A stretch of 10,245 nt of DNA from a virus (lineage: Duplodnaviria > Heunggongvirae > Uroviricota > Caudoviricetes). Shown piece by piece: positions 1 to 5,653 of this stretch (within the stretch, counting starts at the first letter, position 1; every line of letters begins with the position of its first letter). The notes under the pieces are model-generated. The model had not been told where the DNA came from. It was given only the letters and a program-made list of their open reading frames with translations, and made no database searches. A program made the position numbers and the translations under genes. The stretch lies in the IMG/VR virus record IMGVR_UViG_3300022188_000009; one strand, 5' to 3'.

Positions 1-9
1 AGTAAGCTA

Positions 10-249
10 ATGCGGAAAAAAGTAGATGCTATTATTGAATCGTTATACAATATGCCAAAAGATCGATTCGGGGAGTATGAAGGGAAGGTGGAATCAGTGG
101 AAACAGATTTTACTTTAAAAAAAGTTTGTAAGAAGTGCAGATATTGGACTGGTAAGAAGGAGCATAAATCTTATAAATGTTATACAAAAAACTGTCCTGC
201 ACATAAACGTGGACAATTAATATTAGAAATAAAAAGTAGAAAAAAATAA
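10..249 (+). CDS. Hypothetical basic protein (79 aa) with Cys motifs (CKKC...CYTKNCPAH), possibly Zn-binding
   Basis: ORF track; same strand as all neighbours; TAA stop 1 nt before the next ATG. RBS would lie outside the window edge. Confidence 0.55.
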   Translation: MRKKVDAIIESLYNMPKDRFGEYEGKVESVETDFTLKKVCKKCRYWTGKKEHKSYKCYTKNCPAHKRGQLILEIKSRKK

Positions 250-250
250 T

Positions 251-463
251 ATGAGTACCAAATCAATGTTTCATAAAGAATATTATTCTTATCTCCCTGT
301 TGCAGATAATCTAGATGATGAAGCAACAAAAGCTATATTACCAGTATTTGAAAAATATGTGGATAAAGGATACAGTCCACGTGAGGTATCTCAGATTATT
401 CAGATAGCTGTTGGTATGATAGAATGTCAAGTCATACTTGATACAAATAATAATAATAATTGA
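251..463 (+). CDS. Hypothetical protein (70 aa)
   Basis: ORF packed against the upstream gene. Ends in (AAT)5 = NNNNN (446-460), and its TGA stop lies inside the 5' arm of the 455-549 hairpin. No recognisable family. Confidence 0.55.
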   Translation: MSTKSMFHKEYYSYLPVADNLDDEATKAILPVFEKYVDKGYSPREVSQIIQIAVGMIECQVILDTNNNNN

Positions 464-549
464 GCAGTGAGAGATTTCGGTTACTTCTAATGGATAAAAG
501 CACCGAGTCTTATTTTTCTCTCAATTATTCGTTTCGTTAGTACAAGTAA
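455..549 (+). ncRNA. Structured motif RNA, candidate minimal Y RNA (copy D)
   Basis: Perfect 10-bp outer stem AATAATTGAG(455-464)/CTCAATTATT(540-549); CAGTGAG 465-471; inner stem AGATTTCGGT/ACCGAGTCT; TACTTC 482-487; TTCT 536-539. Same architecture as 5442-5521 and 5559-5635. Confidence 0.65.
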
Positions 550-612
550 TACCATGTTCGATCCGTCGTCATTGTAATATCTTAGAAAATGAAACAAAAA
601 AAATAAATTATA

Positions 613-620
613 AAGGAGGT
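613..620 (+). promoter_or_regulatory. Shine-Dalgarno site of the split csp gene
   Basis: AAGGAGGT 6 nt upstream of ATG 627. Confidence 0.85.
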
Positions 621-626
621 GTTTTA

Positions 627-668
627 ATGGCTGACGGAATCGTAAAATGGTTTAACGATAGCAAGGGT
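627..668 (+). CDS. cspA: Cold-shock domain protein, exon 1 (MADGIVKWFNDSKG)
   Basis: Strong RBS, then 14 codons matching the CspA-family N-terminus (G.VKWFN..KG). The frame hits TAG at 669-671, the first bases of the intron. The symbol is family-level only. Confidence 0.93.
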
Positions 669-974
669 TAGTTAACCAAGGCTCTTGTAAAACTGGATAA
701 ATTGCTGGAATATTCTTTCGAGAACAATCAGCAGCCAACCCGTGCAAGTAAGTATAAACGCACAACCAAGCCCAGAGGCACGGAAGGTTCAGAGACTAGT
801 CCCCGAGCGAAAGCAGTAATGGGGCCACGAACATCCAGATCTTGTAATAAACGTTTCGGAAAAGATGAATATGCAATAAAATTTCCACTCTTACAAGATA
901 AGATATAGTCCGACCTGCATATAATACATAAATTGCAGAATCATGGGATAAAGAGCCCGTGAGATAACATAATG
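669..974 (+). mobile_element. Group I self-splicing intron, 306 nt, no homing endonuclease ORF; probably subgroup IA
   Basis: 5' exon ends in U668 and the intron ends in G974. P1 AAGGGT(663-668)/GCTCTT(681-686) with U.G at the splice site; P10 AACCAAG(674-680)/TTTGGTT(975-981); P3 CTGGAT(693-698)/ATCCAG(833-838); P4 TTGCTG(702-707)/CAGCAG(729-734); P5 with a UUCG loop; R element GGTTCAGAGACTA(786-798); S element AAGATATAGTC(900-910) forming P7 GACTA/TAGTC; extra hairpin between P7 and P3' (P7.1-like); P8 ATCTTGTAA(839-847)/TTACAAGAT(891-899); P9 CTGCA/TGCAG; TCATGGG/CCCGTGA. Confidence 0.95.
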
Positions 975-1133
975 TTTGGTTTTATTCAACGTGAAGACGA
1001 AGACGATGTATTCGTTCATTTCTCTGCAATTGCAGCGGATGGTTTTAAATCTCTCGCAGAAGGCGACAAAGTTACTTTTGGTATTGAGCCTGGGGCTAAA
1101 GGCCCAGCTGCTACCAATGTAGTAAGAGTTTAG
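975..1133 (+). CDS. cspA: Cold-shock domain protein, exon 2 ([52 protein letters not shown])
   Basis: Joining 668 to 975 gives an in-frame 66-aa CspA-type protein with RNP1 KGFGFI, RNP2 VFVHFS and the C-terminal KGP.A.NV motif; TAG at 1131-1133. Confidence 0.95.
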   Translation, partial: FGFIQREDEDDVFVHFSAIAADGFKSLAEGDKVTFGIEPGAKGPAATNVVRV

Positions 1134-1147
1134 AATAAACTTGTAAA

Positions 1148-1207
1148 GCAGTGACAGATATTATCAAGCTATACTTCTAGTAAGTTAGCTGGCTTGTATA
1201 TTCGTCA
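1148..1207 (+). ncRNA. Diverged copy of the GCAGTGA...TACTTC hairpin motif (copy E)
   Basis: GCAGTGA 1148-1154 and TACTTC 1172-1177. TACTTC lies 3' of a stem arm (AGCTA/TAGCT, CAAGC/GCTTG); TGAC/GTCA closes the element. It lacks the CGGT/ACCG core and the long outer stem. Confidence 0.4.
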
Positions 1208-1210
1208 TAT

Positions 1211-1247
1211 ACCCCCTACTGGTGTAATAACTGGTAGGGGGTTTTTT
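1211..1247 (+). terminator. Rho-independent terminator after the csp gene
   Basis: 12-bp stem ACCCCCTACTGG/CTGGTAGGGGGT (two G.U pairs) followed by a T run. Confidence 0.85.
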
Positions 1248-1255
1248 ATTGCACA

Positions 1256-1441
1256 ATGGGGATAGTACATATGATAAAAGAAAATGGAGTTACTGTTAGA
1301 TGTCCTAAATGTAACAGTTTAAAAGTAACTAATGTACACCCGTTTGATTATGTCAAGCAGTGTGAAAATAATAAGTGCCCTTACTATGTAAAAAACAATA
1401 AGGGCTGGAGATATCAATTCTCAACTGGAATACATAATTAG
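1256..1441 (+). CDS. Small Zn-ribbon-like hypothetical protein (CPKC...CENNKCPYY); true start may be ATG 1271
   Basis: ORF track; two Cys pairs; GGGGAT upstream of ATG 1271. Confidence 0.6.
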   Translation: MGIVHMIKENGVTVRCPKCNSLKVTNVHPFDYVKQCENNKCPYYVKNNKGWRYQFSTGIHN

Positions 1442-1453
1442 AAGGAGGTATTC

Positions 1454-1708
1454 GTGAGTACACTTAGTTACGAAGATTGTAAGGTGGGTATGCGGGTTTT
1501 ACTAACACACCCTCTCAAGAGCTACTCTATAGGGACAAATAACCCTGCTACTAATACAAAATGGGAATGTGTAGGTACTATAATTGAAAAAAGCGATCAT
1601 AATATCGATGTTGCTTGGAATAATGGACATAACAATATTTATGGTCCAAATGAGTTATCACTAGTTAAAAGTGGTATTTGTATAGACATTTGGCAAGAAA
1701 TAGGCTAA
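1454..1708 (+). CDS. Hypothetical protein (84 aa), paralog of the next gene; possibly a small SH3-like beta-barrel
   Basis: AAGGAGG 1442-1448 then GTG; shares KVLLTHP-like, NNPATNT.WEC.G.I.EK, W..G..N.Y...ELS and IDIW motifs with 1730-1972. Confidence 0.8.
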   Translation: MSTLSYEDCKVGMRVLLTHPLKSYSIGTNNPATNTKWECVGTIIEKSDHNIDVAWNNGHNNIYGPNELSLVKSGICIDIWQEIG

Positions 1709-1729
1709 TAAACAGTAAAGGAGGTATTG

Positions 1730-1972
1730 GTGGGAAGGCTTAGTTGTAAAGAGTGTAAAATAGGTATGAAAGTGTTATTAACACATCCAGATAATTGCTA
1801 CGAAATAGGACCGAATAACCCTGCTACTAATACAGAATGGGAATGTACTGGTATTATAGTTGAGAAAGGTAGTCAAAGTATCGGAGTTACTTGGAGTAAA
1901 GGATACCGTAATATGTATAGAGGTGGTGAATTATCTGCTGCTGAAAATGGTTCCTATATTGATATTTGGTAA
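1730..1972 (+). CDS. Hypothetical protein, tandem paralog of 1454-1708
   Basis: AAGGAGG 1718-1724. GTG 1730 gives the same 5-nt spacing as the paralog (the track starts at TTG 1727). Clear similarity along the whole length. Confidence 0.8.
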   Translation: MGRLSCKECKIGMKVLLTHPDNCYEIGPNNPATNTEWECTGIIVEKGSQSIGVTWSKGYRNMYRGGELSAAENGSYIDIW

Positions 1973-2019
1973 GACATAGATTAATAAATAACTAAATAAA
2001 CTATAGAAAGGAGGACTAT

Positions 2020-2250
2020 ATGTTAGAATACCAAGACGCTAAAGCAGTTATTAGTCACACAGATAGTACTGGTAAAGAATTAGGACTTTTTACTACATGG
2101 CGTGGGGATTTTATCGAAGAAATACTCAAAGGAGGCAACTGCCTTAACTCAGTAAAATCTGGAGATAAAGTTATTATCACAATCGAGATCAATAAGATTT
2201 CAAAAGGCAATATTAATCAGATCGATGATGCTACTACAGTCGGTTGTTAA
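2020..2250 (+). CDS. Hypothetical protein (76 aa)
   Basis: AAAGGAGG RBS directly upstream of ATG; no recognisable family. Confidence 0.7.
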   Translation: MLEYQDAKAVISHTDSTGKELGLFTTWRGDFIEEILKGGNCLNSVKSGDKVIITIEINKISKGNINQIDDATTVGC

Positions 2251-2275
2251 AATCTCTCATAAGGAGGAGTGAACC

Positions 2276-3895
2276 ATGGCTATTAATAGTAAAAGAGTAA
2301 TCCCATTGAAATTTGATAAAATGAAAGAGGAAGCTCATGTAAACTTTATGGGCGGACCTTCATATGATGTTAAATCCCCTCTGTTGAGGCTTATATGCAT
2401 GTCAGCGTCGTCTTTCTTCGGAGAACCGTCTTACTATAAGGGTATGCGGTCTGAACGTAAAAAACAGCATTTATTGGTTTCTCATAAACAATTACCATAC
2501 GTTGAGCGAAAACATATCCGCGAAGTACTTAATGCAATTGATGATTATGGGTGGAGAAATCTTTCCACGGCCGAATCAATGGAGAAAGCAGTTATGGAAG
2601 CTTTGGACTATGACCCTGAAGCCACTCTCCAGTGGGCAGTGACATTACGACGTGATGAGTTTATACGTACTACACCGCAAGTAATACTTGTTATGGCCGC
2701 AAATCATCCAAAAGTAAAAGGTACTGGGCTGATTCGAAAATATGCCCCTGGAGTTATTGCCAGAATGGATGAGCCTGCTGTACAGCTTGCATACCAGCTT
2801 GATAGGTTTGGAAAACCGATCCCTAATGCTCTTAAAAGGGCTTGGGCAGATGCGTTCAATAAAGCAGGAGAGTATCAGTTATCAAAATACCGTATGGAAA
2901 ATCGTATTGTGAAAACGGTTGACGTAGTAAATATGGCTTTTGGAAAAGGTGCGTATGGATTTGAAAATGCTGTTGGTAAACTCGTGCGTAATGAGCTATC
3001 TCTCGGTGATGGTTACCAGACATGGGAGTCAATCCGTTCTGGTGGGGGTTCGTGGGAAGAAGCTATTAAAGTGATGGGGCACATGGCTTTACTTCGTAAT
3101 ATTCGTAACCTTGTTAGTGCTAAAGCTCCCACTGAACTGTGGTTGAAAAAGCTCGTTGCTACTGCTGCCGGTGGTAAACAACTTCCATTTCGTTACTTAT
3201 CTGCACATAATGCAAATAAAGAAGCACCTGGACACGTTTTGGACGCTATCGAAGAGTGTATGGAGATTTCCGTAGGTAATTTGCCAACTCTTAATGGACG
3301 TTCTCTTATACTGACAGATAATTCTGGCTCTACTCACGGAGGCTCTGTGTCAGAGTTAAGTACGATGAGTGTAGCTCAAATTGGAAACCTTATGGGAGTA
3401 CTTACTGGTATGGTTTCAGATGAAGGTGTAATGGGTATATTCGGTGATAAACTTGAGTACTTACCTGTTCGTAAAAAAGCCTCTATCATGGATCAAACTA
3501 ATGAGGCCACTCGTATTGGTAAGAACATTGGTGGAGGTACTGAAAATGGTGTGTGGTTAGCTCTTGATGATGCGATCCGAAATAAAAAGCATTGGGATAA
3601 TATCTTTATTTATTCAGATATGCAGGCAGGCCATGGTGGATTGTATGGAAAAAATCCTGATAACTACCGAAAATATTGCCTTGGTACCAGGTATATTGAT
3701 GTGCCTTTACTTATCCATGATTATCGGGCGAAAGTAAATTCGAAAGTTAACGTATTTCTTGTTCAGACTGCTGGGTATGAAGACACCTTGCTACCTGAGT
3801 ATTACGACCGTACGTACATCATTGGTGGTTGGTCTGGAAATATTCTCAAGTTTGCGAAGAGGATGATTGACACCGCAGATCAATTTTTACAGTAG
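2276..3895 (+). CDS. rsr: Ro60/TROVE-domain RNA-binding protein with C-terminal vWA domain (Rsr-like), 539 aa
   Basis: AAGGAGG RBS. TROVE-type motifs (N-terminal NFMGG, HMALLRNIRNL, KQLPFRYLSAH), then a vWA MIDAS DxSxS (LTDNSGS), GGGT and IFIYSDMQ. Length typical of Ro60 orthologs. Confidence 0.92.
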   Translation: MAINSKRVIPLKFDKMKEEAHVNFMGGPSYDVKSPLLRLICMSASSFFGEPSYYKGMRSERKKQHLLVSHKQLPYVERKHIREVLNAIDDYGWRNLSTAESMEKAVMEALDYDPEATLQWAVTLRRDEFIRTTPQVILVMAANHPKVKGTGLIRKYAPGVIARMDEPAVQLAYQLDRFGKPIPNALKRAWADAFNKAGEYQLSKYRMENRIVKTVDVVNMAFGKGAYGFENAVGKLVRNELSLGDGYQTWESIRSGGGSWEEAIKVMGHMALLRNIRNLVSAKAPTELWLKKLVATAAGGKQLPFRYLSAHNANKEAPGHVLDAIEECMEISVGNLPTLNGRSLILTDNSGSTHGGSVSELSTMSVAQIGNLMGVLTGMVSDEGVMGIFGDKLEYLPVRKKASIMDQTNEATRIGKNIGGGTENGVWLALDDAIRNKKHWDNIFIYSDMQAGHGGLYGKNPDNYRKYCLGTRYIDVPLLIHDYRAKVNSKVNVFLVQTAGYEDTLLPEYYDRTYIIGGWSGNILKFAKRMIDTADQFLQ

Positions 3896-3902
3896 GAATA
3901 AT

Positions 3903-3933
3903 GGGGCTGTGGGTTCCTCAGTCCCTTTATCTT
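3903..3933 (+). terminator. Probable intrinsic terminator after the TROVE gene
   Basis: GGGGCTG(3903-3909)/CAGTCCC(3919-3925) stem followed by TTTATCTT, 7 nt after the stop codon. Confidence 0.6.
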
Positions 3934-4696
3934 ATGCAAAATTGAAGGTTGTGGAGGGTTTTGAGGCGGACTTTGAAACCGTTGTGAAATCCAAATGGTT
4001 ACTCAGGAGGGAACAGAAACTTTAAGTAATGATGAGTAGTATGCTTGCGTTTCAACGCGGAGGAAGGGAAGGGTATTCAGGACATTTCGACCTGAAGAAT
4101 TAGCATTCGAAACTTGTAACTTAAGAGTTCTCTCGGTAACTGTATATTATATGTGGCAAATCATTAGACAACAAGTGACTACTTTACCACTAAGCTACAA
4201 TGTTATTAACGTATGTATATGTGTGTAAAACTTCAATGGGTTTGAGCATTTATGGAAATTTAATTTTTTATTATGTTTATTCGGAGATCAATATAATTAT
4301 ATTAAATTAATAAATTTACTTGTGAACGCAAAAGAAATTCGTATCAGTGAAACATATGTACAGCGTAATATATGAGTAGTTTGAGGTATCAGAAAGCGAT
4401 GTCGATACCTGATATTTTATATTAGGGATGGTTTGTAAAATAACTACCAGATAGCATAGACAAGGGATAATGCGTCTGATGAGCGTAATCATTTTGTAAT
4501 TAAGTGCCTTCTGTGGGTTTCTTGTCAGTTCCTGGCCCACTTTTTAATAGAAAGACCGGGGTACCCCTTGGTCAATCTGATATTTACATAAAAGGGAAAC
4601 TGTCTGATTACTTGATGATTTTTGTTGGAAAAAGCGTGAGTTCGAATCTCGGCAATGGTAGAATAAATTTTTTCACATATGTAATGTACGCCAAAA

Positions 4697-4855
4697 TGTG
4701 GAGTATGTCAGAGCATTTGAGGGTAAAACATTTCAGTAGACTAAAACCGGAAAATCCACCAACAAGAGATGCCGGACTACTGGGGCCTGAAAAGTAAGTT
4801 CTCAAGGATGGGGCATGGCTATTTACAGATCAGGGTTCGAATCCCTGCTCCACTA
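4697..4855 (+). ncRNA. tRNA-like structured RNA with a large domain in place of the D-loop and no anticodon arm
   Basis: Perfect T-arm CAGGG-TTCGAAT-CCCTG (4831-4847) followed directly by CTCCAC (4848-4853), which pairs with GTGGAG (4698-4703). T8/A9, then D-stem TGTC(4706-4709)/GGCA(4812-4815) and A14/G15. No CCA is encoded. Confidence 0.5.
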
Positions 4856-4872
4856 AAGAAGGAGTAAGAAGT

Positions 4873-5175
4873 ATGAGTCAAGAAAAATATATTACCGGCA
4901 CCGGACAAGTAATTTCTGTACATACTGCAGATAAATGTGCCGGCAGACATTGTGTTATACATAACCCGTCAAATCATTTAATGAAAGATTGGCCTACTCA
5001 TTGGAGGGCAGACAGGGGTATAATGGAAAGAATGTGTTCTTGTGGTGTAGGTCATCCAGATCCGGACGACTTAGCTTACAAGAAAGCTGTTGCAGAAAGA
5101 GATGGAAAGAAATATTATGATACTGGTATACATGGTTGTTGTGGTTGTTGCATTGGTAAGAAAGCACCTGGGTAG
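4873..5175 (+). CDS. Cys/His-rich hypothetical protein (100 aa), probable metal binder
   Basis: AAGGAG RBS; motifs C...C..H.P..H, C.CGVGHPDPD and HGCCGCC. The stop codon overlaps the tRNA 5' end. Confidence 0.8.
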   Translation: MSQEKYITGTGQVISVHTADKCAGRHCVIHNPSNHLMKDWPTHWRADRGIMERMCSCGVGHPDPDDLAYKKAVAERDGKKYYDTGIHGCCGCCIGKKAPG

Positions 5176-5253
5176 GTGTGCCGAATGGTGAAGGCAGCGG
5201 ACTGTAAATTCGTGACAATAGAAACGTTGGAGGTTCGAATCCTCCCCCGCCCG
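5170..5253 (+). tRNA. tRNA-Tyr (anticodon GTA), class II; CCA not encoded
   Basis: Acceptor GGGTAGG/CCCGCCC (one A-C mismatch); D-arm TGCC-GAATGGTGAA-GGCA; anticodon arm GCGGA-CTGTAAA-TTCGT (GTA 5204-5206); 15-nt variable region; T-arm GGAGG-TTCGAAT-CCTCC; G at the discriminator. Confidence 0.8.
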
Positions 5254-5441
5254 CACGGCGTTCAAAATAGAATGCTATGACAGGCCCTGGTTATGGATTT
5301 TTAATACACATACTAGGGCCAATTGTTTTTTGCCACGTATGAAAAGGCGTGGCACAATACATAATATCTTTTTATAAGTTGTTTGTTGTATTACCTCCTT
5401 TTGAACAGGTAAGTATGTCTGTCTCGGCCATGCTTACCACA

Positions 5442-5521
5442 AGGGCGAAGTGAAGGAAACGGTTACTTCATTAGACATTTAATCTAAATAGATCATCTAC
5501 CGTCTCCAATTTTCTCGCCTT
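5442..5521 (+). ncRNA. Structured motif RNA, candidate minimal Y RNA (copy A)
   Basis: Outer stem GGCGA(5444-5448)/TCGCC(5515-5519) extended by G.U and A-U pairs; AAGTGAA; inner stem GGAAACGGT(5455-5463)/ACCGTCTCC(5499-5507); TACTTC 5464-5469; internal hairpin TTAGA-7nt-TCTAA; TTCT. Confidence 0.65.
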
Positions 5522-5558
5522 ACAAGTTTAACAAGTACAGAAGAGTACTTATATTACC

Positions 5559-5635
5559 TTTATAGACGCAGTGAGCTACGCGGTTACTTCATTTTTGGTA
5601 TGATAACACACCGCATGCGTGTTCTCGTCTATAAA
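5559..5635 (+). ncRNA. Structured motif RNA, candidate minimal Y RNA (copy B)
   Basis: Perfect 10-bp outer stem TTTATAGACG(5559-5568)/CGTCTATAAA(5626-5635); CAGTGAG; GCGGT(5580-5584)/ACCGC(5610-5614); TACTTC 5585-5590; TTCT 5622-5625. Confidence 0.7.
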
Positions 5636-5653
5636 CTTTCAAGAAAAAATAAT

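Noticed and set aside
446-460. (AAT)5 microsatellite as a phase-variation tract
   Set aside because: A triplet unit cannot shift the frame, and part of it forms the 5' arm of the 455-549 stem.
702-908. 68-aa ORF inside the intron as a possible homing endonuclease
   Set aside because: Too short, TTG start without an RBS, no LAGLIDADG/GIY-YIG/HNH motif, and it runs through the conserved catalytic core helices.
3088-3104. 17-nt exact match TTTACTTCGTAATATTC between TROVE (3088-3104) and nadD (10090-10106), containing TACTTC
   Set aside because: Both copies are coding (LLRNI) and lack the CAGTGA and CGGT/ACCG context; most likely a coincidence of peptide and codon usage.
4176-4203. Minus-strand tRNA D-arm-like sequence TAGCTTAGTGGTAAAGT
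   Set aside because: The D-arm fits, but no paired anticodon stem, T-arm or acceptor stem occurs at tRNA spacing; at most a remnant.
4316-4805. ORFs 4316-4540 (-), 4504-4797 (+) and 4608-4805 (-)
   Set aside because: No convincing RBS or family motifs; they overlap one another and the structured RNA candidates.
4782-4855. tmRNA, or a 74-nt tRNA starting GGGGCCTGAAAAG
   Set aside because: Only 4 acceptor pairs are possible next to the T-arm, there is no room for a tag ORF or pseudoknots, and the end is CTA rather than CCA.
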